Virus record (IMG/VR): IMGVR_UViG_3300017747_003013
Location: 1 to 48,422 of that record
Strand: one strand, 5' to 3'
DNA from: a virus
Lineage: Duplodnaviria; Caudoviricetes
Length of the DNA: 48,422 bases
The notes under the pieces are model-generated. The model saw nothing but the letters and a program-made list of their open reading frames with translations, was not told the origin of the DNA and made no database searches. A program made the position numbers and the translations under genes. Positions 36,652-45,953 of this stretch are shown here, piece by piece (positions within the stretch are counted from its first letter, which is position 1; each line of letters opens with the position of its first letter).

Positions 36652-36681
36652 CGGCCCGGCGGGAGGAGTACCGCCGGGCCG
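36652..36681 (-). promoter_or_regulatory. 11-bp GC hairpin after the capsid gene
   Basis: CGGCCCGGCGG-N8-CCGCCGGGCCG. Confidence 0.6.
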
Positions 36682-36700
36682 ATCTGGGCTGAGTGCGAAA

Positions 36701-37711
36701 TCAGCCGTTCGTGATGAGGAGCGCGAGCGGGATTTGCTTCCGCTCAGGGTAGACGCGATCCCAGTTTGCCGCAAGCCGCAGCTCGGCGACCGTCGGGAAC
36801 TCGCCACCGACAGAAGCGTCGGTCCACTTGATACCGTACGGATGCACGGCGAACTGGCGGCGGGTCCAGAGGGTTTCCGTACCCATGCCGTCACCGGCCG
36901 ACGGATCGGGATCGACCTCGACGGGCACCGCGACGGGGCTCTCCGCCCAGCCGAGCGCATCGGCGCCGATCAGGAAGTTCCAGTAGCGGATGCGGTTGGT
37001 GCCGGCGATGGCCGGAACCTTGTCGGAGACGAGCACACGCTTGCCGGCGTAGGTCGGCACCGTGAGCTTGCCCTGGCTGTCGGGGATGTAGTCGATCAGG
37101 TCGTTCTTGCTGAGCTGGGTCTCCACTTCCGAGTGGATGACCAGCATCGAGAGGGCCGACTTGGCGTCGCCCATCGTCTGGGCGGCGTCAGCGACAGCCT
37201 CGAAGCTGATGCGCTCAGCCGCAGTGATGGCCGCCGCGCTGTCCGAGCTGATGTCCTCAACCATGTCGCCGGCATCGTTGGTGATGTTGTCGGCGAAGAC
37301 GCCGCGCAGCACCGCGATGGCGGCATCGTCCATGCGACGAGCCCAGTAGGCTGAGACGCGCTCGGCAATGCGCTTCATCGGGTCGGAGCCGGCCAGCTCG
37401 GCGACCAGGCGGGCCGTCGACCAGCCACGGGTCCAGATGATCCGGCGGGCCACGTCGTTACCCGCCGAGAGCTTGCCCGGCTCGGCGTGGCTGTTCGGAT
37501 CGTCCGAAGCCGCATCGGGCTCCTCGTCGTCGAGGTCGCGCCAGAACGGCACGTTGAAGGTACGACCGCCGCCGGCGAGCTTGCTGGCGAGATCGCCGTC
37601 AGAACGGAAGACGCCGGCGCCGTAGAAGGCCGACTTCTGCATCGTGTTGACGGTCATGTAGTTGTTGAAGACGCTCGGTTCGATGGCGTCGGAGAGGCGT
37701 ACGGTAGACAT
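36701..37711 (-). CDS. Major capsid protein
   Basis: 336 aa after the scaffold gene; NVPFWRDL, LAGSDPM, RRQFAVHPYG and ANWDRVY. Confidence 0.88.
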   Translation of the reverse strand: MSTVRLSDAIEPSVFNNYMTVNTMQKSAFYGAGVFRSDGDLASKLAGGGRTFNVPFWRDLDDEEPDAASDDPNSHAEPGKLSAGNDVARRIIWTRGWSTARLVAELAGSDPMKRIAERVSAYWARRMDDAAIAVLRGVFADNITNDAGDMVEDISSDSAAAITAAERISFEAVADAAQTMGDAKSALSMLVIHSEVETQLSKNDLIDYIPDSQGKLTVPTYAGKRVLVSDKVPAIAGTNRIRYWNFLIGADALGWAESPVAVPVEVDPDPSAGDGMGTETLWTRRQFAVHPYGIKWTDASVGGEFPTVAELRLAANWDRVYPERKQIPLALLITNG

Positions 37712-37729
37712 GGCTTCACAGCTCCAGAG

Positions 37730-38671
37730 TTATTTGAGCCCGAAATCTGCGGGCTTCTTCCCAGCCGCAGCGATCAGGCTGCGGGCCTCATCCGGGTTTC
37801 CCTTCACGATCTTCATCGCTTCGGTCAGGTTGCCAGCGTCGCCGTCCCGGAAGGGGTTGGCGACCTTGGCTGCGTCGCCGCGCAGGACGGTGTCCTCCGC
37901 GTAGAGTGCGCCACCCACTGCCGCCAGCACTGTTGCCAGCGGCTTCGAGAGAACTTCCTTGTTGGGACCGACGAGGCCGAGGCCCTTCAGCTCCTCCAGA
38001 AGTTCGTTACCGCCCGGTGTCAGCGTGAACACGCGATTGGCGAACTCGAAGTTCGTCTTCGCGGTCTGCCCGTCGAGCGGTCCCCACAGCTTGACCAGTT
38101 CTGCCGTCGCGCCGTCGGTCTTGGCCTTCAGCTCGCCGAGCGACTTCTCGCTCGCCGCGCCATAGCCTTCGACCATGCGCCCGACGTACATGTCGTGCAG
38201 GCCAGCGGCCTGCGCGGCGGTCAGACCCAGCTCGTGCGCCTTGGCCTTGAAGGCCCCGGCGAACTCTCCGTCGTACGGCAGGCCTTCCGGCATGTCCTTC
38301 GGCGGCGTGAGCTGGTATCCATCCGGCTTTTCAGGCCGGCCGAGCTTGTTGAGGAACGCTTCGCGCTCCTCGGGGGTGGCGTCCTCCTTGGGGATGCGGA
38401 TCGCATTCCCAAGCAGCTTTTCCTGATTGAACGTCTGCCGCGCAAGGGCCTTGGGGTCTTTGAGCAGCGTCTCGTTCTTCTGGAGCCATTCGAGGTTGTC
38501 TTTTTCAAGCCCCTCGTAGGCTTTTACGGCATCGAACACGAAGGCCCCGTTGCCTCCCTGGTCGCCACCGTTGCCGCCCTGCCCTTGGCTGCCATCACCG
38601 CCACCCGCGCCTTCGCCTTCCGGCGACCAGAGCGGCTGGGTCCACGATGTTCCGTTGAGCAGGGTACGCAT
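37730..38671 (-). CDS. Capsid assembly scaffold protein
   Basis: Gly-rich N-terminus, KLGRPEKPDGY and AHELGLTAAQA; lies between portal and capsid genes. Confidence 0.8.
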   Translation of the reverse strand: MRTLLNGTSWTQPLWSPEGEGAGGGDGSQGQGGNGGDQGGNGAFVFDAVKAYEGLEKDNLEWLQKNETLLKDPKALARQTFNQEKLLGNAIRIPKEDATPEEREAFLNKLGRPEKPDGYQLTPPKDMPEGLPYDGEFAGAFKAKAHELGLTAAQAAGLHDMYVGRMVEGYGAASEKSLGELKAKTDGATAELVKLWGPLDGQTAKTNFEFANRVFTLTPGGNELLEELKGLGLVGPNKEVLSKPLATVLAAVGGALYAEDTVLRGDAAKVANPFRDGDAGNLTEAMKIVKGNPDEARSLIAAAGKKPADFGLK

Positions 38672-38673
38672 TC

Positions 38674-38994
38674 TCAGTTCTCCTCGACAGGCGGCGCGCG
38701 TCGCACCGCCGAAATAGCGCCTACCGGCTCGCTGCCCGCCAGGACGAGAGCGTCAACGATGAACTGCACGACTTCTCGGCGCCCCTCGATCTGCTTCTGC
38801 GTTTCCATCGGCGTGCTCGGTAGTGTGGTATCGTAATACCGTCCATACTGCGCAATCGCTGTTAATGCAACCTCGCCATCGAGCGCAGTGCCATTACCCG
38901 TCATGCAGGCGGCGATGGCTTGCGCTACGCGCAACTGGATCGCGGCCGGATCGGTATGTAGATCGGCCGGTAGCGCATCGAGCACGTTCCGCAT
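38674..38994 (-). CDS. Small protein after portal (Bbp19-like)
   Basis: EGRREVVQFI motif and synteny. Confidence 0.65.
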   Translation of the reverse strand: MRNVLDALPADLHTDPAAIQLRVAQAIAACMTGNGTALDGEVALTAIAQYGRYYDTTLPSTPMETQKQIEGRREVVQFIVDALVLAGSEPVGAISAVRRAPPVEEN

Positions 38995-40749
38995 TTACGC
39001 GGCCTGCTGCGTGGCGCGCTGAAGCGCCTGGGCCAACGCCGGCGCGGCCTGCAATGCTTGCGTGCCGGCGGCTGCTGCCTGCGCACCCTCGCCGACCGAG
39101 CGCGCGGCATCGCCGGCCATCTGCGCCCCGCCGAGAGCGGTCGACATCTGGTTCTGTTGGGTCGCTGCTTCGGCCGCCTTCTTGCCGACATCACGGCTTA
39201 GCAGCATCTTGGCCGGTGCGCCGTAGACGTCCTGCGCCAGTTCGAGGATCACGTCGGTGTCGATGCGGGCGAGTACGCCCGGCTTACTCTGCTCCAGCGC
39301 CATTGCCAGTTCCAGCGTGCGCTGGGCGCCAACGATCTGGCTCACCTTGCGGAGGCGATCGAGCGGGCTGGTGAACTGCGGGGCGATCTCGGCGCCCGAC
39401 AGGCTCTCGGGCATTTCGAGCGGCGAGCCGGGGTTGAAAGCACCCTTGCGGTTGAGGATGCCGACCTCGCGGTCGACGTTGGCGCTCAAGCCCTCGTTCA
39501 GGCTGATGCCGACGGGGCCGAGCATTTCACCCTTCTCCTGCGCCCGCAGCATTGCTTCGGTCGCGGTCTCGGGGCCGGCCTTCTGGTCAGAGATCAGGAT
39601 TTGCCAGAGGTTCAGATAGAGCGCTTCGCGGATGGCGTCGCGGCGCGGCTGCATGACAGCGGCCGCGAAGTCGGGGCGCGAGCCGGCGTTGAGCGCGGCG
39701 AACAGCGGCTGCCCGTCACCGTTGACGAGCCCCGGATTGATGGCGCCGGGGTTGAAGTTGATGCGGCCGAAGTTCTTGCCGACGACGCCGAGCGGCGGGC
39801 GGAGCGACTGGCCGGCGGCAATCAGCTCGTCGCGCGCCAGCGCGTTCAGCGACTGGATTTCGGAGATCGCGTAGGCGACGGGGCCTTCGCTGTAGGGGCG
39901 CTGGCCCTGGTTGGACCAGGCGTAGCGGGTGAAGGGGAACTCCCAGAAGCCGCCCTCGCCGATCAGGTGCTTGTCCTCGGGCAGGAAGTACCAGCTCGCG
40001 TACTGCGCGCCCTGCACGCCCATCTTGTTGCGCATTTCGTCGGAGCGGGGGCGCACGGCATGGATGATCCGCACACGCTCATGCTTGCGCTTCGGATCGT
40101 TCGCCATGTCCAGCACCTTCGTGCCGGCCTTGTCGCCGAACTCGGTAGCGATCTGGTGCGCCGTCCACAGGAAGGGACGGAACATGCGGTTCGGGCGACC
40201 GTTCGGGCCGACCGCCGGGAACACCTCAGGAAGCTGGATGAACTGGTACGAGAACGGCGTGCGGCTACCGCTCTCCTCCTTGATGAACTGCCACCCGTCG
40301 CCGAAGGCGCACATGGATTTGACGGCGGCCTTGTGGCTCGGCCAGAAGCCCGAGTTGGGGTTGGCGCGCATCTTGAACAGGTAGTCGCGCAGGCGCTCCA
40401 GCGCCAGGCGCTCCTCGTGGCTCGCCGGCTCGAAGTTGAAGTCGTCGTCGCGGTCGAGGTCGTGCCAGTTGTCGCTCTCGGGCGTCTTCAGCGAGACCAG
40501 GCCGGAGGTCAGGCGGTCGATTGCCCAGAGGCTGGTCATGTCGTAGATGTTGCGCGAGCGCTCGGCGGCGACAGGCGTGCCGATCACGGCGTCGATCGCC
40601 GAGTTGTCGGAGCGCTGCGACATCTGGTCGAACTGGTCGGTCTGCGGCAGCACCCACGCGCTGATCTGGCGCCAGTAGCGCTCCCAGCGCGAGCGGCCGG
40701 AGGCGATGCCGTCGAACTCGTCGAGAAGGTCTTGGACGACGCCGCTCAT
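38995..40749 (-). CDS. Portal (head-tail connector)
   Basis: ATG at 40749 with GGAGG RBS. WERYW...VLP, TATEAMLRAQEK...LGP and FTSPL. Confidence 0.92.
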   Translation of the reverse strand: MSGVVQDLLDEFDGIASGRSRWERYWRQISAWVLPQTDQFDQMSQRSDNSAIDAVIGTPVAAERSRNIYDMTSLWAIDRLTSGLVSLKTPESDNWHDLDRDDDFNFEPASHEERLALERLRDYLFKMRANPNSGFWPSHKAAVKSMCAFGDGWQFIKEESGSRTPFSYQFIQLPEVFPAVGPNGRPNRMFRPFLWTAHQIATEFGDKAGTKVLDMANDPKRKHERVRIIHAVRPRSDEMRNKMGVQGAQYASWYFLPEDKHLIGEGGFWEFPFTRYAWSNQGQRPYSEGPVAYAISEIQSLNALARDELIAAGQSLRPPLGVVGKNFGRINFNPGAINPGLVNGDGQPLFAALNAGSRPDFAAAVMQPRRDAIREALYLNLWQILISDQKAGPETATEAMLRAQEKGEMLGPVGISLNEGLSANVDREVGILNRKGAFNPGSPLEMPESLSGAEIAPQFTSPLDRLRKVSQIVGAQRTLELAMALEQSKPGVLARIDTDVILELAQDVYGAPAKMLLSRDVGKKAAEAATQQNQMSTALGGAQMAGDAARSVGEGAQAAAAGTQALQAAPALAQALQRATQQAA

Positions 40750-40910
40750 ACGCTGACCTCCAAACCCTGAAACACAATGCCCTGTATTCCAGCGAATACA
40801 AGTGCAGCACCTAGCGCGCAAAGCAGCGTCTTCTCGAAGGCGTGCATGCGCATGTTAAGTGCTGTCACCGCGATGAATGCCCCCGCAACTATGCAGACGA
40901 GTTGCACCAT
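40746..40910 (-). CDS. 54-aa two-TM membrane protein (not in the ORF track)
   Basis: MVQLVCIVAGAFIAVTALNMRMHAFEKTLLCALGAALVFAGIQGIVFQGLEVSV; start/stop coupling at both ends. Confidence 0.6.
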   Translation of the reverse strand: MVQLVCIVAGAFIAVTALNMRMHAFEKTLLCALGAALVFAGIQGIVFQGLEVSV

Positions 40911-41116
40911 CAGAAGCGTGCCTGCGAACTCGTGCCGTACGACGCATCGCCGAGCGGCGTCGTCTTGATGTTGCCGAATACGCCCTGTCGCTTCTGCGCG
41001 AGCATCCGCGACTGTTCGGCGAGCTTGGTCGGGTCGACAGAGGCGGCTACGCCATCACGGGTCGGAGCTGGGCTCGCTGCAATCGGCTGCGGCATCGCTG
41101 TCTTCGGGGGGCACAT
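40910..41116 (-). CDS. Small putative virion protein preceding the portal
   Basis: MC start, Pro-rich, IKTTPLG; AGGAG RBS. Confidence 0.7.
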   Translation of the reverse strand: MCPPKTAMPQPIAASPAPTRDGVAASVDPTKLAEQSRMLAQKRQGVFGNIKTTPLGDASYGTSSQARF

Positions 41117-41639
41117 CGTTGGCGTACTCCTGCGGTACCGAGCCTGACCATCTGCTTTGGCTTATAGCGCGGTAACTGGATACCGTCCAGCGGTACGTGA
41201 CAAAGCGCTCGCCGCCCTTGCCGTAGAGGTAGGGCTCGCCGTGGCGCGCGCCGCCCATGCTCTCCATCCAGCGGTGGGCGTCGTGGTGCGTTTCAAGGCT
41301 CCGGGCCTCCATGCAGGTGAAGCCCTCGTCGAGGCGCCAGGGGATGGCGTGCTCGATCAGGAAGCGGCTCACCGCCGGGATGGTGCGCTCGGCCTTGTCG
41401 GTGCCGAGCGCCCAGATCGACATGGCACAGACGTGAATGCGCGTCGTGCCGAACAGCAGCGCCGGCTTGTCACGGATGTAGGCGATGAAGGCGTCGCCGC
41501 CCACGATGAACCACTCGGCGAGCTTGGCGGTCGGGATGCCGTCGGGAAGCTGGCAGAAGGTCTCCTCGCGATCGGCGGCGCGCAGGTTCGCCATCAGCCA
41601 GCTCGCGTCGCGCAGGTTGGCGGGCTTGATCTCGATCAA
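41055..41639 (-). CDS. GNAT-fold acetyltransferase-like protein (T7 gp13/DUF2833-like)
   Basis: TTG at 41639; ANLRAADREE, WALGT and AHRWMESMG. Confidence 0.7.
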   Translation of the reverse strand: MIEIKPANLRDASWLMANLRAADREETFCQLPDGIPTAKLAEWFIVGGDAFIAYIRDKPALLFGTTRIHVCAMSIWALGTDKAERTIPAVSRFLIEHAIPWRLDEGFTCMEARSLETHHDAHRWMESMGGARHGEPYLYGKGGERFVTYRWTVSSYRAISQSRWSGSVPQEYANDVPPEDSDAAADCSEPSSDP

Positions 41640-41722
41640 AAGATCAGCGCGCCAAGCACAAACGCCGCGAGAACCACGAGCACGGCGATGATCGCTAGGC
41701 CCTGAAACAGTAAGTCCCACAT
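41636..41722 (-). CDS. 28-aa single-TM peptide (not in the ORF track)
   Basis: [28 protein letters not shown]; TGATG-coupled to TerL and TTGA-coupled to the next gene. Confidence 0.55.
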   Translation of the reverse strand: MWDLLFQGLAIIAVLVVLAAFVLGALIF

Positions 41723-43431
41723 CACCTGAAATCCTTCAAAGGGTCGTCGAACTCGACGGCCTGGTGTTGCATTTCACGCATCGTCTTTGGCGTTGCGCCG
41801 TGCACGATGCGAGCTACGACATCCGGTACGAACCGGAAGCGATCGGCGAGGGCCTGGTCGCGGTAGCGCCACGCCTGGATGACGGCGTCGGCCTCATCGG
41901 TCGACGAGCCCGACAGGCGCTTGCGCACCTCGTCCTTGCTCTCGACCCACAGCTCGTTCTTGCGGATGAAGAACAGCGGGGTGGTGAGCTGCGTGGTCAG
42001 GCGCGACGAGGGCGGCAGCGCGATCTTGAACTGCGACTTGGGGTCGAGCGCCTTGCGGAAGCCCCACCACATGGCGGTGCGAACCGTAACCAGCTTGTAG
42101 CGGTTGTCGTCCGTCCACTCGTGCGCACCCTCGCTGGCGATGCACATTTCGGCGGTGATCTGGTGGTCGTTGGCGAGCTGGTCGCGCGCTGATCCAGCCC
42201 ATCCGCCGGTGCCGTCGAGCACGACGAGCGAGCCGTCGCGCCGCTTGACGAGGATCAGGCTCGTGATCTCGTTGCCCGTCGGCGTCAGGCGGCCGGGCTG
42301 GGCGAAGGGCTCCTCGAAGTAGTCGGTCTCCAGCAGGCTGGCGAGCACCGTGGTGTCCATGCCGCCCTGCGCCACGTCGCCCGAGAGCACAAGCTGCTTG
42401 AGCAGGTGGATGCCGCCGGCGCGGTTGCGGTCGTGCCACCGCTCCTGCGCTTCGAGCACCCATTGCGTCGGGATAACCTGGAACGGGTGATCCTCGACCT
42501 TCAGCGTGAAGGTGCCGTTGAGCAGCAGCGACTTCAGCGGCTCGGGCGTGTTCGAGAGCTTGGCAGCGTAGCCGGTGTTGCGCAGGAAGGCGTTGTCCTT
42601 CAGCAGCGATTTGATGAAGGTGCGCGAGATCGCCACCGACACCTTGCCGCCCTCGACGTCGGCCTGAGTGTAGCCGACCAGCTCCTTGCCGGTCTCGGCG
42701 TCATAGGCGCCCGGCCCGTCGACCCAGACGGTGGTGTATCGGTCGCCATCGGTGCGCATGTAGCACCAGCGCAGCTCGCCGGCCTTGGCGGGGTTCGGGT
42801 GGCGGTCATCGAGCCACGGCCCGAACCACTCCTTCAACCACGCACCGGTGCCCGTGTCGACGAGCTGGCCGCTCGCATCGAACTCGGGGATGGGCGGGTT
42901 GGTGGCGAACACGACGCGCTTGCGCTGCCCCTCGGCGGTCGAGCGCAGCCACTGGATGACGAACAGCACCTTGGCCTCGTCGAGCTGGGCGGCCTCGTCG
43001 AAGCCGTAGAGGTCGTGGGCGTTGCCCTGCCAGGTCTTCTCGCTGTTGGGCTTTTCGAGGTGGCCAAACTCGATGAAGCGCCCATCGGCGAGGCTCATCT
43101 TGCGCGTCGAGGCGTTGATCTTGGTGCGGCGCCCCTCGGTGATCGCCATCAGGCGGTTCCAGATGGTCGACAGGTCGGTCGACTGGCGGCGATAGATGAC
43201 GCTGCGCAGGTGCCTGGTGGTTGCCAGCCCGAGCAGCAGGTCGGTCTTGCCGCCGCCGGCCGCGCCACCGTAGAGCGTCTCATCAGCCTCGGCGAAGTAG
43301 GCGTCGGACTGCGGGCCGGGCTGCGGCAGCCACGCACGGGCGAGCTGGTGCCGAGCCAGGTGCGAAAGCTCCGCACGCTTGGCTGGGCTCATGCCCTTGA
43401 TGCGGGCTTCCATTTCGGCGAGGTCGATCAC
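41722..43431 (-). CDS. terL: Terminase large subunit
   Basis: Walker [11 protein letters not shown], Walker [12 protein letters not shown]; nuclease GDVAQGGMD...DEADA. Confidence 0.93.
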   Translation of the reverse strand: MIDLAEMEARIKGMSPAKRAELSHLARHQLARAWLPQPGPQSDAYFAEADETLYGGAAGGGKTDLLLGLATTRHLRSVIYRRQSTDLSTIWNRLMAITEGRRTKINASTRKMSLADGRFIEFGHLEKPNSEKTWQGNAHDLYGFDEAAQLDEAKVLFVIQWLRSTAEGQRKRVVFATNPPIPEFDASGQLVDTGTGAWLKEWFGPWLDDRHPNPAKAGELRWCYMRTDGDRYTTVWVDGPGAYDAETGKELVGYTQADVEGGKVSVAISRTFIKSLLKDNAFLRNTGYAAKLSNTPEPLKSLLLNGTFTLKVEDHPFQVIPTQWVLEAQERWHDRNRAGGIHLLKQLVLSGDVAQGGMDTTVLASLLETDYFEEPFAQPGRLTPTGNEITSLILVKRRDGSLVVLDGTGGWAGSARDQLANDHQITAEMCIASEGAHEWTDDNRYKLVTVRTAMWWGFRKALDPKSQFKIALPPSSRLTTQLTTPLFFIRKNELWVESKDEVRKRLSGSSTDEADAVIQAWRYRDQALADRFRFVPDVVARIVHGATPKTMREMQHQAVEFDDPLKDFR

Positions 43432-43610
43432 TCTGACACCGGCTCCAGTGCTTCGACTGGGTATATCTGCACCGATCCCGGCTCGCGCTCGCTCTCAACG
43501 CACACACCGTAAGGCGTCAGCGAAGTCGAGTAGAAGCCGACAACGCGGCCCTGCCATGATGAGCCCCGCTTCTTGCGCACACGATCCCCGCGCTCTGGTT
43601 TCCATGTCAT
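43428..43610 (-). CDS. dfrB-like: Type II (R67/DfrB-family) dihydrofolate reductase homologue, 60 aa
   Basis: ATG at 43610. [49 protein letters not shown] aligns without gaps to the R67 core, including VQIY. Confidence 0.88.
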   Translation of the reverse strand: MTWKPERGDRVRKKRGSSWQGRVVGFYSTSLTPYGVCVESEREPGSVQIYPVEALEPVSE

Positions 43611-43816
43611 GCTGCGCTGTCTCCGAACGGGTGCGGCGCCATGCTGTCGTGCTCCGAGATCAACCGGCGCACTGCGGCCAGCACATCCTTGGCACGCTTG
43701 GCACCGTGCCCGCCGCCCATCGCGATGGCGAGGCTGTTGTTGCCGAGGTCTGGGCGATCGTCGAGCCCGCGCAGGAACTCGGCCGCCTGCTTGGCGGTGT
43801 AGCTGTCGCGCTTCAT
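43607..43816 (-). CDS. Hypothetical protein
   Basis: ATGA-coupled; [15 protein letters not shown]... Confidence 0.6.
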   Translation of the reverse strand: MKRDSYTAKQAAEFLRGLDDRPDLGNNSLAIAMGGGHGAKRAKDVLAAVRRLISEHDSMAPHPFGDSAA

Positions 43817-44025
43817 TCCGAATACCAATCGCTAGGGGGCGGCGCAGCGCAGTAGCGGCACATGTGCCCTTCGCGCTCGTATTCGTACTGGTGGCCGTGC
43901 TCGCCGTCGGGGTGCTCGGCGTCACCGCAGCAGTCCATGCAGATTGCCTGCTCGGGATGCTCGGTGCGCCACACTGCCACGGACTTTCCGCAGACGCGGC
44001 ATGGCGGGGATGTGTCAGCGGTCAA
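43813..44025 (-). CDS. Cys/His-rich small protein
   Basis: CRVC, CMDCC, H-x-Y and CRYC. Confidence 0.65.
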   Translation of the reverse strand: MTADTSPPCRVCGKSVAVWRTEHPEQAICMDCCGDAEHPDGEHGHQYEYEREGHMCRYCAAPPPSDWYSE

Positions 44026-44351
44026 TTGTCCATCCTCGCGCCTTCAGGCAGCTCGAAGCGCTCGCCGGGGATGATGGCGAGCGGCGTGGCGAACGTGGTG
44101 ACGCATGGCCCGTGCACCGGATCGTCGACCCAGTCGTAGCGCGGCTCGCTCAGGATCACGCCGTAGCGCTTCTCGATGCGCTCCCAGTATTCGATGCACC
44201 GGCGGCGCCAGATGTCGGTCATGCCGTGCGTGAACGGTGCCTTCCAGGTCTTCGAGCGGAGCTGGCCGACCTTGAACGGGACGCGGGCCTGCTCGAAGCC
44301 GAGGCTAGTTACCCTGGCCGGCGGGGAGGATGAGGTGGGGCTCTCGGTCAT
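44022..44351 (-). CDS. Hypothetical protein (start uncertain)
   Basis: GAGGAG about 10 nt upstream; stop coupled to the next gene. Confidence 0.55.
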   Translation of the reverse strand: MTESPTSSSPPARVTSLGFEQARVPFKVGQLRSKTWKAPFTHGMTDIWRRRCIEYWERIEKRYGVILSEPRYDWVDDPVHGPCVTTFATPLAIIPGERFELPEGARMDN

Positions 44352-44478
44352 CGGTAATCTTCTCCTCGTCCAGCTTCAGCAGCACGCGCTGCTCATCGCT
44401 GAGCTTCGCGTCGCGGGCCGTTCGCTCGGCCATGCGTTCGGTATACGCTGATGCGAGGCCATCGCCAAGATCAGACAT
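44305..44478 (-). CDS. Hypothetical protein (57 aa)
   Basis: ATG overlaps the TerS stop; MSDLGDGLASAY... Confidence 0.5.
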   Translation of the reverse strand: MSDLGDGLASAYTERMAERTARDAKLSDEQRVLLKLDEEKITDDREPHLILPAGQGN

Positions 44479-45154
44479 CGAGGTCTTCAGGCTCGCCGGC
44501 CCAGTCTTCCTGGTCGCCATCGTCGGCCTCCATTGGTTGGTCGTACGACGCAACAGCGTCGAGTGTCAGGGGCTGCTCGGCCGCCTCGTTCATCAGGGCG
44601 ATCATCGCCAGGGCCAGCTTGCGCGTGTCCTGCTCCTCGGGGCTGACGCTGTCGTCGACCGGGACAACGAGCTCGTGCTCCTGGCGATCCGCCCACCGAT
44701 CGCGGCGGCGGTTCTTGAGCCAGAAGATTTGCGCGGTCGTGTCGCCGGCCACTTCCTCGATCTTCTCGACGCGCCGGCCGTCGCTGTCGACGGTGACAGT
44801 CTTCTTCGTGCCGCCGAGCGCTTTCTGCAAAAGCGTGCGCTCGACGCGGTCGTTGTGGACCTCGCCCCGTTTGATGGCGTCAGAAAAGCCGGGCACGCTA
44901 CGCACCCAGCGATAGAACGTATCGTGCGTGATGCCGACGGCTGCACATATCTCGGCGTCGGTGGCGCCCATCTGCGCCATGCCGGCGGCCTCGGCCACCA
45001 TGAACGGGTCATAGTCGGTCGGGCGCCCTATGCGCTTCGGGGCGCTCTCGTCGGGGCCGCCGACTGCGCGGCGCAGCGTGCGGCTGATGCCAAGCCGTGC
45101 GGGGTCTTTGGCCTTGCGTAGCTGGGCGGTGGTTACGGCGTCAGGTGTGGACAT
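44471..45154 (-). CDS. terS: Terminase small subunit (HTH)
   Basis: GRPTDY...GATDAEICAAVGITHDTFYRW...F...DTTAQIFWLKNR; start at 45154 assumed. Confidence 0.82.
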   Translation of the reverse strand: MSTPDAVTTAQLRKAKDPARLGISRTLRRAVGGPDESAPKRIGRPTDYDPFMVAEAAGMAQMGATDAEICAAVGITHDTFYRWVRSVPGFSDAIKRGEVHNDRVERTLLQKALGGTKKTVTVDSDGRRVEKIEEVAGDTTAQIFWLKNRRRDRWADRQEHELVVPVDDSVSPEEQDTRKLALAMIALMNEAAEQPLTLDAVASYDQPMEADDGDQEDWAGEPEDLDV

Positions 45155-45198
45155 GAGGCTGAAGATACTCGCGGTTGCATTTTGTTTCAACAAGACGC

Positions 45199-45227
45199 TT
45201 GACGGTACCGTCACGGTACCTTATAAG
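45199..45227 (+). promoter_or_regulatory. Early sigma70-type promoter overlapped by a 14-bp palindrome
   Basis: TTGACG-N17-TATAAG; perfect palindrome TGACGGTACCGTCA at 45200-45213. Confidence 0.75.
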
Positions 45228-45275
45228 GGTGGTCATCGGCGCTGAGACGCCGTAGCCACACGACAGGAGATCAAG

Positions 45276-45482
45276 ATGGCCCTTTCCAAGAAGCACTTCG
45301 AGGCGATCGCCCGCGACATCGCAGCCGAAGTCACCACAGCAAACCAGAGCCCTTGGGACCTCGCCCAGCGTGCCGCCGTAAAGGTGGCGCTGCGCAATGT
45401 AGCCAGCAACCTCTGCACCACCTTCCGCGCCGAGAACCCCAACTTCGACGGGCAGCGCTTCCTCAAGGCGTGCGGCTTCTGA
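45276..45482 (+). CDS. Early hypothetical protein
   Basis: AGGAG RBS; SKKHFEAIA...NPNFDGQRFLKACG. Confidence 0.8.
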   Translation: MALSKKHFEAIARDIAAEVTTANQSPWDLAQRAAVKVALRNVASNLCTTFRAENPNFDGQRFLKACGF

Positions 45483-45483
45483 C

Positions 45484-45582
45484 ATGAGCGCCGAACTCGT
45501 CACCTTCGGGATCATCGTGATCCTTGCCCTCGCCTTCTTCCCCGTGCTCGCGCACTTCTTCCCGACCAACTTCGAGGACTGA
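45484..45582 (+). CDS. 32-aa single-TM early peptide (not in the ORF track)
   Basis: MSAELVTFGIIVILALAFFPVLAHFFPTNFED; fills the gap exactly. Confidence 0.55.
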   Translation: MSAELVTFGIIVILALAFFPVLAHFFPTNFED

Positions 45583-45585
45583 CCC

Positions 45586-45897
45586 ATGACCACCCTCACT
45601 CCCATCCTCTACGCCGACGGCGCCCTGCGCCTCACCGACCACGGCCCGCGCGGCGGTGGCCTCGTCCTGGTGCTGGAGGAGGGCCCCAGCACCCGCCAGC
45701 TCGACCTGCCCTACAACACCCCCGGTGCTGGTGCTGTCGTCGCCGGCTTCATCGGGCGCGAGGTCGAGGCGATGGAGCGTTGCAACTACGAGCCCGAGGT
45801 GATCTTCGAGCAGATCGCCAAAGCCTACAGCGTCCCGTCGCGGGGCGGCGCCTTCACTCCCCGCTACCCTGGCTTCCACCCCTTCTACCACGGCTGA
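45586..45897 (+). CDS. Early hypothetical protein
   Basis: GAGGA RBS, 103 aa. Confidence 0.7.
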   Translation: MTTLTPILYADGALRLTDHGPRGGGLVLVLEEGPSTRQLDLPYNTPGAGAVVAGFIGREVEAMERCNYEPEVIFEQIAKAYSVPSRGGAFTPRYPGFHPFYHG

Positions 45898-45921
45898 TCG
45901 AAGCCCTCATCGTCGCCATCG

Positions 45922-45951
45922 AGCCCGGCCGCGAGGTCGGGCTTTTTCTTT
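45922..45951 (+). terminator. Intrinsic terminator of the early unit
   Basis: AGCCCGGCC-GCGA-GGTCGGGCT followed by TTTTCTTT. Confidence 0.85.
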
Positions 45952-45953
45952 GG

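Noticed and set aside
36514-36960. T7 10B-style frameshift extension of the capsid protein
   Set aside because: No slippery sequence near the capsid stop. The alternative frame is low-complexity and the next gene has its own RBS.
43611-43925. 165-aa N-terminally extended DfrB fusion suggested by the ORF track
   Set aside because: The extension overlaps two better-supported genes, and the ATG at 43610 is stop-coupled to the upstream gene.
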